From contig NC_045698.1 in assembly GCF_009834535.1 (NCBI RefSeq), positions 7,256,001 to 7,320,000 of the forward strand: 64,000 nucleotides of DNA, written 5' to 3'. Position 1 is the first letter of the stretch. Each line of letters opens with the position of its first letter. Shown here piece after piece: positions 38,081 to 51,004 of the stretch. The translations under genes were made by a program, and so were the position numbers. The notes beneath the pieces were generated by a model. That model was not told the DNA's origin. It saw only the letters and a list, made by a program, of their open reading frames with translations, and searched no databases. This DNA is from Camelus ferus. Lineage: Eukaryota.

Positions 38081-39372
38081 TGAAAATTTTTTGGGGGACT
38101 ATTTTCTTATCGTTAAGGCTCCAATTAGTAAGGTGGGCAAAGGACTCAAACAGTTTACAAAGAGAGAGAACTTGGCAAAATGTAGAAGTGTCCACTAGTA
38201 ATGAAACTGCTTCTTCATTAGCTGCTGTATTCCCTAGTCATTTTTATCCTTATATTTCAATAATGTAATGTGTTTTATCAGAGGGGCAATCTATTGTGCA
38301 AACAGAAGAATATAATAAAGCTGGAGGAGTAGATGGGAGAGATATATAGGATATTGACATTAAATTTTGAAAAACAAACATTCAAGAAAACTTGACATAT
38401 GCATATGTTATACACAAGATGCATAATAAAGTCAAAAGATGTCTTTTGGAATTGAGGTTAGGTTTTAATCCTCGTTTTCTCATTAACTTGCTTGATAATT
38501 TAGTTGCTCCTGAGGAACTGAAATAGGGTTAGCTAGTTTAAGTATACTGCCCACTTGTCCTTGACTGTCACAGGTGGTGGGGTCAAATTTTTTTCTTGTG
38601 CTTTTTTGCTGGGGTACAGCAGCAATTATTGTCTAAAACCTTTTTGTCTTGCTGGGTTGTCCCTTTCCTGGTCTTGACTAGAAAGAACAGGCTTTTGGGG
38701 GAAATTTTTTGGTCTGTTCTCATTGGTGTTTCTAGGTGGCCAGCTTCTCCACCTCAGTCAGCAATCCAGGATACTAGGCAAAACACAGACCCAGAGGACT
38801 CGCTGCCTCGTAGTTCCTTGAGGTTGCAGCTCCTTCTGCTGGTCTGCTTTCTCGTCACCTTTTAGAGTCGCCTTACATTTGTTTTGTATGTGATGTCCTG
38901 GCTTTGGCGGGAGGAATAGGGACTGTTTCATCTTGACCTGGAACCTTTGGTTCTCGTCAGGCCTCTGCTAGTCCTTACTGTTGCCTTTCTCTAGAGCTAA
39001 CCTTTATCCTGATTTTTAAATGTATGTTAGTTTTTCGTGGTTTTGAATTTTTACACATGGAATTGTATAGCTGTAGATACTCTTTGTGTATCTTTATCTC
39101 TCAATATCACTTTGTGAGATAAATCTAAATTGTGGTTGGCAATTTTGGTTGGTTTATTCTCTTTGCTATGTAGTATTAAATTGTGTGAATATACCAAAAT
39201 TTTTTTATTCAAATTTATTTGCCAAATTTAGGCAAAATGGTAGTTTCCATTTTGGAGGTAGTGTTATGAATGGAGCTTCTATGAACATTCTTGCACATGT
39301 CTTTGAACATAAGTATATAGGAAACTACAATTTTAAAAGTAAGATACTAGCAGAATGGTACACAAATACATA

Positions 39373-39656
39373 CAGTTGATCATTGAACAACACTGGTTTG
39401 AATGAACTACTTGGGTCCACTTACATGCGGGTTTTTTCCAATAATTAAGTAGTCGGTCTGCACATTTGTAGGTTTCAGAAATCTGCAAATTCAACCAACC
39501 TTAGATTGAAATTTTCAGCTGCAATTACTTGAATCCGCGGATGTGGAGGGAACTTGAGGAAATGGAAGGTCAACTACAGAACTGGAGCACCCTGAATTTT
39601 TGGTGTACGTGGGGGCACCTGGAAGCAATCAGTCCATGGATATCGAGGGTCAGCTG
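39373..39656. mobile_element. Tigger2/MER8-like MITE
   Basis: TA|CAGTTGATCATTGAAC ... GAGGGTCAGCTG|TA inverted termini with TA duplication. Confidence 0.75.
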
Positions 39657-41223
39657 TACTATAGGTGACATACCCATATTAAATAAGGAAAGAACTTTCC
39701 CCCCAACCCTAATGCCTCAAAAGTAGCAACTGTTAATAGTTTCTTATGTTTTCCAGAGTGTTTAGTCATGACCTCTATATACCTATGCCTTGTTTCAGAT
39801 TTTTCTGCTGGAACATGGATTGGCAGGGAAAAAGCTTCCATTCCTTCTACACACAGACTAGCTAAGGAAACTTAGGTGAGGATGTGGAACAGTGGCAGGT
39901 GCAGCTTGTCTCTTAGACAGCTTTTCCTGGCCCCTAGTTCCCTGATAAAGTGTGGATAAGGTGTGACGGTGTGGGTCGGGGCCTGCTAAACAACTGAATG
40001 GTTGCCCTACAAGTGTTTTATAGCTAGAGCTTGTCTTTCTGGTTGACTTATACCGACTCTCTTTGCATTTCCATTTAGGGAAATATTTATACATAAGGTA
40101 CTCTTGAACAAAACTCATTTAGTCACAACTTCATCGTGTGGGAGTAAACAGTCAGTACTGCAGAAAAGATTTGTGATACTGTTTCTTGGACAAAATCTTG
40201 TATTAGTCATTTAGAGTAAATGGTTTTAAATTAAAATTGGGTTGTTGATTGCACAAAAATAGGTTTTTAGGATTGTTGAGAGAGTTATTATTTGAATCTT
40301 ACTCTGCTTTCTTTCTCTGATGAAGATATAGCCAGTGAAAGTTTTAACAGGTTTTTAAAAGCATGGTCAATGAAAAAAAAATCGCTAACATGAGTTTTCA
40401 TATTTGTGTGTCTATATTAAATAAATCAGAATCTAAGACTTCCTACTAAAGAACTTCATTGATAAAATTGGACTTGGTAGTGTTAGTAAAATAAAAGTTC
40501 ATCTATGGTATTTACTAATTGCATGTTTAACCTTTGATTATTTTTCTAAAGTTTCATTATGTAAAATTTCAAACTCTTACAAACAGATTAATGTAATAAA
40601 CTTCCAAATAACCAGCATCTAGATTTAACAGATACTAGCATGTGGCTGATAATTTTTTTTTAATCTCTATCCTTTCCTTCTGACCTCCCCACACATCTGC
40701 CAGATTGTTTTAAAGGAAATCTTAGATACACTTTCTTTTCATGTAAATACTTATATGTTCTAAGAGATAATACCTTCTTTTAAACAAATGACCACAATAC
40801 CACTGTCATACTACTTACTGGCTTTATCCGCCAAGTTTTAAAATGACTGTCGGTATTATTGCTACTAACATGATGATTACTGGACTCTGCCAGGATTTCT
40901 TTGTATTTCCTTCTGTCTTAGGATGTATGATCATGTTTTAAAGTCTCTGTTTTGTTATTCAGCTTGATATACATAGGTTCATTTGTTTGATTTGTTTTTG
41001 GTTTATTTTCCATTTTGATATACTTTTGTTTTTTATTGTTATGTAAAAGATTTCCGTAGTTCTAAAACAAGGTGTTTCCGAAGTCTAATGTTCCCTTCCC
41101 TTTCTTTTTATATAATCAGTGGAACTTGTGAAGTCCCTGATAAAAATTAATGATAATTTTGTGTATATGTGTATTTTGAGAGAGCCATAGTTGTTCTGAT
41201 TTTTTTCAGGTGTTCCCTGAGCT

Positions 41224-41226
<3 letters not shown>

Positions 41227-41261
<35 letters not shown>

Positions 41262-41284
41262 TGTGTGTGTGTGTGTGTATGTGT
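41227..41284. repeat. Interrupted (TG)n microsatellite
   Basis: Seen directly. Confidence 0.95.
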
Positions 41285-42414
41285 AGGTATATATGTGTAG
41301 GAATCACACTTTTTTTGCTCTCGGGATCCCTGTACGCTCTTAGAAAAGACTCAGAAGAGCTTTTATTTGCTGTATAATAAAATAAAACAAAATTTAGAAG
41401 TATTTGCTCACTTAACACAGCCATTATATGTTAATATAATTTTTTCATGAAAATAACTATTCCAAACCCCAAGTTTTGTTGAAAAGAGTGAATTTGTTTT
41501 ATATTTGCATATCTCTTGAATGTCTGGTTTAATGGGAGGCAGCTGCATTCAGACAGCTGTCTCATGTAGTCTCTGGAAAACTCCAGTGTACACTGGCCAG
41601 ACAATAAGAGTAAAAGAATGTCTTAAGTGTTACAACGAAAATAGTTTTGACCTTGCCCAGTGAGTTTCAGTTCTCTAGTCTAGACTTGGTTGAACAGAGC
41701 TCTGGGGCTTAATTTAGATTTGTTTTGTTTGCTTTGTTTTGTTTGCTTAATTGTTGTTGGTTTGCCCTTCAAAAGGGTGAGTCTACTGAAAATCAGTGTC
41801 TGTTGTTATTCAGGTATGTTTCTGTGTCCTGCTTAGTGGAGATCTGGTGTCCCCAGTCCTGCCCCGACCCCAGTCTCATCTGCCACTCGCCCTCCCCCCA
41901 CCCCAGGCCTCCTGCAGAGTATGGGGAGATGTGGTGCCTCTTGCAGTGGGCACACCCCTTAGCTACCCACTGTGTGGTCCCCCCTGAGGCTCCCTCAAGC
42001 CACTGGGGTCTAGGTCGCCCTAGAGAGGCTGGTCCAAACCACAGGAGGAGCCCACCTGGTGATCAGCCGTTCACACCGACGTTGGTATTGTTCCTGGTGT
42101 TTGTCTCTGCATCCCTGCTAGCTGAGGTTTGCCAGTGAGGGCTATCCTGGCCCAACCCCAGTCCATTGTCACGTAACTGATGGCTGACCAGTCACGGTGT
42201 TTCTGGAGGGCAGTGTGATGGCCCTCGTTTGTATAAGTGCAGCAGTGTCTCTGCTGCCTCCCTTTGCACTGTGTTCTGACTACTGGACTGTCACTAATGT
42301 GCCCTGATGTCTACTCCCACAGCCATCTGAGAGCTGGCTGGGGAGACAGGATAAAGTGGGACCACTTTGCCCTATGATTGCATCAGCCCACTTACTCTTG
42401 CACCCAGCCCACCC

Positions 42415-44020
42415 AAAGTGGTTGATCCTGCAGTAGCACGTGCCTCTCCCTAAAGTTAATCCACAGGTGTGTAAGCTCTCACGGCTGGTACCGTGATGTA
42501 ATGAAGGACTTTGAGTGGTCATTTGGCTCCTACCTGCAGAGCTGTGGGAATTCTGGAACTAATCAATGCCCATGGGCATCGGTTGCTATTGCTGTGATGG
42601 TTCTAGATAACCTAGATTGCACGTCCTGTGGCCCTGTCAAGAAGTAGTTGTGCCTACCTTGGTGACCACCATGACTGAGAATACAGATTTGGTTCCATAG
42701 AGGGAATCTGGTAATTGACTGTCACAACCAAGGAAGACAGCAGTCTGTGGCCCGGGAGGGCAGTGATCGAAAAACAATACTAGACTCTTTCAAGGTCCTG
42801 TAATTGGAATGAGTCCACTTAAAATCCTTCAAGGCGGATCCTTGCAGGGCAAACCTGGTGTTAGCACCTGCGGTAATCCCTGGCTTCTGTAGCAGGGTAT
42901 GGAGTTTGGTGCCATTAAAATGTGTGATCTGCTGTGCAGCATTGGGTCCACGCCAGGGAACCTCTGTCTGCATCCCCACCCACTGCTTCTCGGAGCCCTC
43001 GTGCCTTCTCGCTGAGTTTCCCTAGACTGAAGTGTGCACTTGAGGAAATTAGGGTACTCAAAGCTGATGCAAGCTGCATGCACATTGCTGCTGGGAGTCA
43101 TGGAATGGGAGCGTGGTTCTATTTTTTTGTGTTGGAACTTTGATTGCGGATGCCAATTAGATGAAACGCCTGGGAAGTTTGTATTGCACCTCTAGAGCTT
43201 AAAGTCTTAGATATATGCAAGACCGACCAGAGTGGAAGCTTTTGCCGAGGGTGTTTTCATTAATTAAGAATGAAGGTGAAAATGAGAGGTTTGGAAAGGT
43301 TCAGTTCCCTTGTAGTTCTGATGGTAAACCATGCCGACCCACCAGCGTTATTCCCAGTAAAGTGCCTGCAATTTCTGGGAAATCAAAGTTTTTTGGATGG
43401 TAGTAGCTAGAGGGTCTGTTCCAAAGCTGAAATTGAAAGGCACAGCGTTGTAATCTTCGCTTAATTTGACTCAGCCTGAACAACTCTACGCGACTCCCAT
43501 CGTGAACAGGATTGGCACGTTAATATAGCTCTTCCATGGGTGCTGGTGCATGGCCTTTCTGCATTGCTGAAATGATTTGTCTAGTTTATTGATAATAACC
43601 AGGGAGACTAGCATGCTAAACACCTAGGTCACCCCAAGTGCTCGATAATCCTAACTTCAGCAAGTGTTGTTTAGCCACCAAAGATTGAGCAGTCACAAGT
43701 CTGTGATGCTCTTAAGTGTCTGGGATCACGCCACACTGCTCAGCATGTGTGTATCCTATTTTGGTGGGTGCCGGGGATTTAGTTTTAAATCCATAAATGA
43801 TAAGCTCTGGGTTGTAATTATTCCTCACTAATGAGGAGTTCCCTGTGAGAGAGTAGATCAGAAGCTTGTGTTAAGTCCCTCCCCCTTGTTCACACTGCCT
43901 GTTGCCCCTCAGATTGCCTGTGTGGGGTCGGTACTTGGCTTTGGTGGATTGCTGAGAAGTTGGTGTGAATGAAAGTTGAGACCAGGTTTTGGTAGGTTGT
44001 CCTGTGGGAAGACGGCATTA
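42415..44020 (+). pseudogene. Degenerate near-full-length 18S rRNA pseudogene in MARCHF6 intron 1
   Basis: Collinear matches to recalled 18S motifs: TGGTTGATCCTG(C)AGTAGCA (5' end), CTGTAATTGGAATGAGTCCACTT, AAAGCTGAAA(T)TGAAAGG, GCTTAATTTGACTCA, GGTGCATGGCC, TCTGTGATGC, TTAAGTCCCT, and a 3' end resembling GTAGGTGAACCTGCGGAAGGATCATTA; many CG>TG changes and deletions. Confidence 0.93.
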
Positions 44021-44733
44021 AGGCACGAGTGAGCGCGTGGGTCCGTTTCAGTCGTCTGTATGTCACTAACATGCCACCCTGGGCGAGACGGACAGATGTT
44101 TCCTGAGAACCACTTGGGGCGCCGGTGGAGGAAGTGAGGGAAGAGCTGCTGCCCTTTGGCGATGGACCCGGTAGCCCTGGACTCCAGTAGTTTGTGCTTA
44201 AGGCAGTCTTTGGCTTGCTTCTCCGAGCCTTGCACCTTCCTGGTCTTGGGGTGCCCCATTGTGCATGAGTGCGTCTCTCTCCCTCTAGTGGAGGGATGTC
44301 TCCAGGGCTGCTCACTGCTGTTTCTGCGTTAAGTCCTGTGATGAGTTTTTGTGGAATTTAAACTTAGGACCCAACTTAGGACTTTAAACTTAGGACATGA
44401 ATGGTACCTGATTTTGCATATTTCTATTTATTATTTGTTAGTTATGAGAGTGCAGTTTTAAATAAAACCACTGTTTCTGTTGTTTTCAGTTTGGATTTAT
44501 TTACAAGATCATACAAAGGAACAATTGGCCTACTTATATAATATAGAATTTTAAATTTCAGTTATATACTTGATGACCATCCTTTCCACACTTTTCAGTT
44601 CTCCATGATGTTGATTGATGTTTTACCTAGTGATAGATTCTTCTTTAACATGTAGTAGTTCAGTTTTTGGCGGTTTGTTATTTTTTAAAAAGTTACAACC
44701 GAGGATAATTCAATTTTTCTTTTTCATTAATAG

Positions 44734-44830
44734 ACATATGTAGAGTGTGTCGGTCAGAAGGAACACCTGAGAAACCTCTTTACCATCCTTGTGTATGTAC
44801 CGGCAGTATTAAGTTTATCCATCAAGAATG
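44734..44830 (+). CDS. MARCHF6: MARCHF6 exon 2, RING-CH first part ([32 protein letters not shown])
   Basis: Pyrimidine tract + TAG acceptor, donor TG|GTGAGT; 97 nt, in frame with exon 1; hand translation gives the RING-CH Cys/His pattern. Confidence 0.98.
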
Positions 44831-45600
44831 GTGAGTTATCCCTTTAGAAAATTTTTATGTCTGAGCCTCACTTTTGTAATCTATGTAATTGGGGGGTGGT
44901 TTTCAGTGAACTTTCTCTGTAATTAATTATTTTAAAAAATTTATTTTGAAAGTTTGGAAATTACCCATATTCCTTATTACCATGCCATGTCATTTTGTAT
45001 GTTGTCTTCTAGGTGCATGTGAGTACCTATTTGTTAATTTTACCATGGAGAGCTTACTTTGTTCATGGGAAGTGTTATGACTTTCTAGTTTTGCTTGGCG
45101 TGATTATACCTTACATTTATGAAATGCGTTGTGTCAGATAATACCTAGTGCTTTTATACGTCTTAACTCATTTAATCCTTACAACAAAACTGTGAGGTGG
45201 AGTATTATTATTATGCAGGTGAGGAAACTGACAGCCAGTTAGTGACAGACCTAGCCACCAGGTAGCAGTATTAAGGGACCAGTTTAGAACTGATGTTGAT
45301 GCTTGGAGATTCTTTCACATTCAGTTAACTTTGAGGAGATTACAGTTTACATTAATTCATTAATTTAGTCCAGTTAATCTAAATTGCTTTTTAATAGTAG
45401 AAATACATGTTGGTTGTATCTTTGGTATGGTTCTGTACTGTTAGAGGGCATCAGTGGTAAAATGTTAAGGATATTCTAAATTTAAAATTGTGAAAGTTCT
45501 GTGATATGTAATAGTTTAATAAAGCAGTATTAATTTTCAACGAAATGTTAAAGTTTCTTTGTCATAAACGCTGTACTTATGAATGCATTTGTAATTGCAG

Positions 45601-45674
45601 CTTAGTTCAGTGGCTGAAACACAGTCGAAAAGAATACTGTGAATTATGCAAGCACAGATTTGCTTTCACACCAA
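45601..45674 (+). CDS. MARCHF6: MARCHF6 exon 3, RING-CH second part (CLVQWLKHSRKEYCELCKHRFAFTP)
   Basis: TTGCAG acceptor, A|GTAAGT donor; 74 nt, frame continuous. Confidence 0.98.
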
Positions 45675-47269
45675 GTAAGTTCTTTAGAAGTTTTCACTGC
45701 ATTTCTAGGTTATAACTGGCGGCATAAAGATGTTTAAACAGTTCTAAGGCAACTATTTTCAGGTTCATTTTTCTTTAATAGTAATAGAAAGTATTGCTGT
45801 AACATTCTGGAAAATATTTTTAAAAACTACATGTCAGCTTATAACACATACATACATACGTGTGTGTGTGAATGAGAGAGAGTGATTTAATTTTGGGGAT
45901 TTAAAAAAAATTTTTACTTAGACTAGTTCAAATGTATATACAAAGGTATAATGAGCCCATATGTATCTATCACTCCGTTTCACCCATTTTCAACTCACGG
46001 CCTGTACATGTCATTACCTATGTTCTTGTTCCACCTCTCCATCCTTTTTAAAATAAACCCCATCATTTATGATTTCTGTACATATTTTAGCATGTATGCC
46101 TAAAAAGTAAGGGTTCTTTTTTAAAAACATAGCTATAATACCATTATTCACTGTGAAAAATTAATGATGCCTTGAATTTATCAAGTAACCCATCCCTGTT
46201 CAAATTTGGGTTGTCTTTTGAGTTAAAATTGTGTAAGTTGGACTAACAACAATAATAAAGACAAAGATTTAATTCACTTTTTAGAAATAAGACTTAATTT
46301 TAAGCTCAATATTTTGTAAGCCTATGATAAATATTTTGCAGGTCTTTAAAATAATGATTATATTTTACAGTTCCTTTATCTATTGATTGATATTTAATGT
46401 TGTTTATCTTAAATAAGTAGAGGTTTATACTGGCAAGTTATCAAGAATTTCAGGCATATTTTCATTCTGGGATCATAGTACATTGTCCTCTCCTTTCCCC
46501 TCCCCTCAAAGGTTTTTTGTGTTTTATCTTCTTTTTTTTTTCCTTAAAAGCATTTTGAATTGCTGCATGTGAATTCTTTAAATTAGTGTTAGTTTTACTT
46601 TGTTTTTTATGTGAAAAGTATAAAATTTATAAATTTTTATAAATTATTTTAAAATTTATAATAGTTTAAAATTATTACAGTTTTACTTCTGAAGCTTTAT
46701 ATTCATTGTGCTAAAAAAAATGCCTATTGTGTTATTTTGTAGTCTTTTCTGTAGGGCATAAAAACTACGGCTTAAAAGTTTATTGCAAACTGCAAGACTA
46801 AATAGTTGAATATCTTCATGAAGTTTGATTAATGGGAAATAATCATGTGAGCTTTTTTGTTGTGAGGCCAGTAAAAGTTTGTGTTTGTACTATTGTAGTT
46901 TTCATTCAGCAGTCATGTGCTCTGTTTTATCTTTCTCAAAAATTCTATTTACTGGTTTAATGACTTGCTACTGTTTATCAAATATCCTCTTAAAGTAAGT
47001 GGTCTTTGTGGGCGTGTTGTAAAAGTTAGTTTGTTACTTGTTTATTCCTTAATGTTTATAGCTGTGAATAGTTTTGTAACAGTATGCTCATAAATTTTAG
47101 ATCACTGATTTTAAAACTTTATCATAGTTCTTTGTTCTGGCCTCACTGGAGAAAGAAACGTTTGTTCCTTCTGTATATTGTTTCTGAGGTACCTATTGGT
47201 AGAGAAGTGGTTTTCATTGACACCATTTAAAAAGGAAATCTTTCTAAAATGGGGTAAATAGGTTCACAC

Positions 47270-48045
47270 ACAATTCCAACGTGTGTGTGGGAGTGGGTGT
47301 CCCTACGTCAGCAAGCAGTTCTGCAGGACACCAACTGGGGATCCTGCAGCTTTACTCAGTTCTGACACCGTCAGTCCCTAGATAGCACTGGGTTCCACCA
47401 GCTGAGGGCTCAGTCCCCTAACTTCTTTCAGATGCTAGTCACAAACCCAGGCTGTTACCTGTGCTTCTGACATTCTGACCCACTGACTTTAAATTTAAAA
47501 GATTCCCAAATGACCCCTTCCTTGGGTTCAATTAATTTGCTAGTACAGGTCATAGAACTTAGAGAAACATTTTACTTACTAGATCGTTAGTTTAGTATAA
47601 AAGGATATAATTCAGGAACAGCCAGATTGAAGAGATGCATAAGGTAAGCTATGTAGGAAGGGGGAGCACACCATTATCCCCAAATCTCCATGTATTCACC
47701 AACTTGGACGGTCTCTGAATCCCAGGGCTTTTGGGTTTTTATGAAGGCCTTGTCATGTAGGCATAATTGATTAAATTATTGACTATTGACGATTGTTTCT
47801 ACCTTCAGCTCCCCTCCTCCCTGGAGGTCTGGAGGGTAGGGCTTAAAGTCCCAGCCCTCTAATTACTTGGTAGGTTCCTCCTGGAAAACCCACTCCAAGC
47901 TCTCCCCACACCCCAAAAGCCACCTAGTTAACATAACAAAAGACACCTTTTGTTGCGTAGGACATTCCTAGGGTTTTAGGAGCTGTGAGCTAGGAACTAC
48001 CGGACAAAGACCAAATATATATTTCTTATAAATCACAATATTACC
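47270..48045 (-). mobile_element. MER21-like LTR in intron 3
   Basis: GGACACCAACTGGG..TTCTGACAC..GAGGGCTCAGTCCC..ATAAATCACAATATTAC matches recalled MER21 reverse strand. Confidence 0.72.
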
Positions 48046-48529
48046 TGTGGCAGAAACTTTTTCTGAGTGTTGAACCACACCTTTGCAGAGGCGTGGGAAG
48101 ACCTGCATTTACCATTTGGAATGTTAATTGTTGTGCTGAAATTGTGAGGAGGATTGGCTCACAAACGTCAGTTTGCTCCTACAGGAAATAGCCGTGCTGC
48201 AGATGGCTGCGTGTTTTCAGTGCTATTTCTAATAGGCTGGAATCGGGGGCAGTGTTCTTTCTTGATGACATGCCATCAGCCTTTTGGTCCTAGTCACTTT
48301 ATGTGATCTTTTATAATTTGGGAAACCAGATAATTATTATGTTTGAATTCTAAAATATGTGTAAATCAGCCCTGCATAAGGCTCCTGGCTGTGAGTGAGG
48401 GATGCGTACTTCTCTTGAATCTTTTTGCCTGCTCAGAGGCCTTTTTTGTTGACTTCCACATTTCTTACGTGATTTGCTCTCTTAAATGACTGCTGGGTAA
48501 ATGTGGTATTATATACATATGTATATATG

Positions 48530-48663
48530 TGTTGTTGTTGTTTTGTGAGTGTGGGGGAGGTAATTGGGTTTGCTTATTTATTTATTATGGAGGTACTGGG
48601 GATTGAACCCCGGACCTCGTGCATGCTGTGTATGCACTCTACCACTGAGCTGTACCCTCCCCC
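48530..48663 (-). mobile_element. tRNA-derived SINE (Vic-1-like), about 150 bp upstream of exon 4
   Basis: GGAGGTACTGGGGATTGAACCC..CTCTACCACTGAGCTGTACCCTCCCC; TSD not resolved. Confidence 0.85.
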
Positions 48664-48810
48664 TGTATTGTAATTATTTGATTCACTTTTCTTATAGAAA
48701 AAATATTTCAGTGCCATACAAATACTGAAAGCTAAGATAGCTCTACGTGCCTAGCATATAAGCTGTCTTTTAATCTTCATGAAATTATATGACCTTTTTC
48801 CCCCTTATAG

Positions 48811-48954
48811 TTTATTCCCCAGATATGCCTTCACGGCTTCCAATCCAAGATATATTTGCTGGACTGGTTACCAGTATTGGCACTGCAATACGGTATTGGT
48901 TTCATTATACACTTGTGGCCTTCGCATGGTTGGGAGTCGTTCCTCTTACAGCAT
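48811..48954 (+). CDS. MARCHF6: MARCHF6 exon 4 (IYSPDMPSRLPIQDIF...WLGVVPLTA)
   Basis: TATAG acceptor, T|GTGAGT donor; 144 nt; overlaps ORF 48789..48980. Confidence 0.98.
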
Positions 48955-50931
48955 GTGAGTATTTGTACCTCTGTGGTTAGAGTTGTTTAAACATTGCAAA
49001 ACTATTTAATATTATAAAGTGATAATGTATCACATACTTGTTTGAATGACATTTAATAATTTGATATTATAATGTCATATATTAGGAAAGCCTCACTTAG
49101 AGAACATTATTAACCTGAATTAAGAACTTTTTTAACTAGTCAGTTTCTTGAATGAATGTGGGAAAGAAAAACAGCATACAGAGGCTAAAAATTAGGGTTC
49201 ATGAAAGAATTGGAAAAGCAAAATGAAACCATAATTGGATGGAAATTGAATTTTATTCCTCAAAGTTTATTAAAGCTTTCAAAGATGGCAAAAGATGGAT
49301 TCTTTCTCAGATTTGTTTTATCCTCTTTTAAAAAACAGCTATCTAATGATCCTGAATAATTGGGAAACATAGGAGGCTCCCTGGGAGATTGGTATGCTCA
49401 CGATTAGTAGATTCCTTTTAGGTTCTTTGTTGTTCTTAAGGTCATGGGGAGGGGTCGGTAGAATTAGGTGCCAGAGTAGATAGATATGATTCTTTAGAGT
49501 TAAACACAAACAAGGTTTTTGAATAAGTATAATTAATATCCTCATGTCTTCTTAAAATAAACTCAGTCATTTATGAAAATGAGTATCTTGGGAGATACAC
49601 CAAATAGCAGAACAGGTACTGTTGAAGAGTGAATTAGTGAGCTAGAAGATTGAGCAAGTGCCTCTCTAGGATGTAGCTCGGAGAAAGGATGTTGCATTCT
49701 GAGAGAAAAAAATTGAGAGCTGGAGACTACATCATATGTTTTAGTATCTGTCTATAAGTGGTTCCAGAAGGTAAAAGAGATTGAAAGAGAGGGAGCTTTT
49801 GTGTAGATAAGAAAACAGATTGATAAATTAGAGGCCTCCTTACTAGAGTGCTTAAAAATAAGGTAGCTCAACATCTTACATGAAAAGACACCATGGGTAC
49901 ATTGCTAACTTAAGGAAAAAGGTTACAGGATGTGTACTGTGTGATATAATTTAGATTTTAATTGTGGATGAGTGTGTATGTAAACTAGTCAGAAGAGAAA
50001 TCAAGCTTGTTAACTGTTACTTAATTTTTGACTTAGTTTTCGATATTTGATCTAGTGATTTCAGAGAAGTCTGTTAGCCTTCCACTATGACTGTAAATGT
50101 TATTATCTACAGACAGTTGGCTTGTTGTCAGTTTTACTTTGTTACAGACATTCTTGCTTTGACTATTTTACACACATATGTAAGTAATTCTGTTAGAGAA
50201 AATCTTTTCCTATCTTTCCATTTTGACTTGGCTTTTGAAAATAGCCATTAAAGTCACTAAATTTTGGGTGCAAGACCATAGGGAATGCTTAAACTAATAC
50301 AGAAGCACTGGTTTGAAAGAAAACCTCAGCTCTTGGGCCCCATTTCCGAATCTGTTCCTGCTTTTTCTGACTGAGGGGATAAGGGGATGGCTGTGTATTC
50401 AGCCATACTTTGTCTTTTCCCTTCAGGGCCAGATTTAAGATTTTGTCCTTTTGAGGACCCTTGAATCTGTCTTTTTAAAAAAATTCATTGTTAGTTTGGT
50501 AATCATAGCACTGAGGCATGTACTCTACTGAAAAGTCCTCTTAATTTCAAAAATGTGTACCCCCAAAAGTTTGTTTTCATGAGCAGACTTAATGAATTTT
50601 AGAATTCTAGGTTAAAAAAAATTTCTTCATATTGCAATTTTGGAGATCTTTTCTTGAGGTCCCCCCCCCCAAATGTTTAAGCTCATTTAATAAAAACAAG
50701 TAAATTTGGAAAGAATCTAAACCTTAGCATTATTGTGTAACATTTATTCTTTACTGTCACTATTTTTAATGCTTGACTGTGTTTTAGTTCAGTATTTTGA
50801 GACTCAAACTTGAAAAGGCTGTTTATTTCAGTGGCATTCATGGTGTTCCACTTTACCTCTGTTTAACTGAGGAACTGTACGAATTCATGACGAGAGTTGT
50901 GATTGTATGCTGTCTTGCCCTTTTTTGGTAG

Positions 50932-51004
50932 GCCGTATCTACAAGTGCTTGTTTACTGGCTCTGTGAGCTCACTCCTGACACTGCCACTAGACATGCTGT
51001 CCAC
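50932..51004 (+). CDS. MARCHF6: MARCHF6 exon 5 (CRIYKCLFTGSVSSLLTLPLDMLS)
   Basis: GGTAG acceptor, AC|GTGAGT donor; 73 nt, frame continuous. Confidence 0.97.

Noticed and set aside
42415..44020. Functional 18S rRNA gene or contaminant rDNA
   Set aside because: Universally conserved motifs are mutated, CpGs have decayed, segments are deleted, and no 5.8S or 28S follows; it is embedded in a continuous intron.
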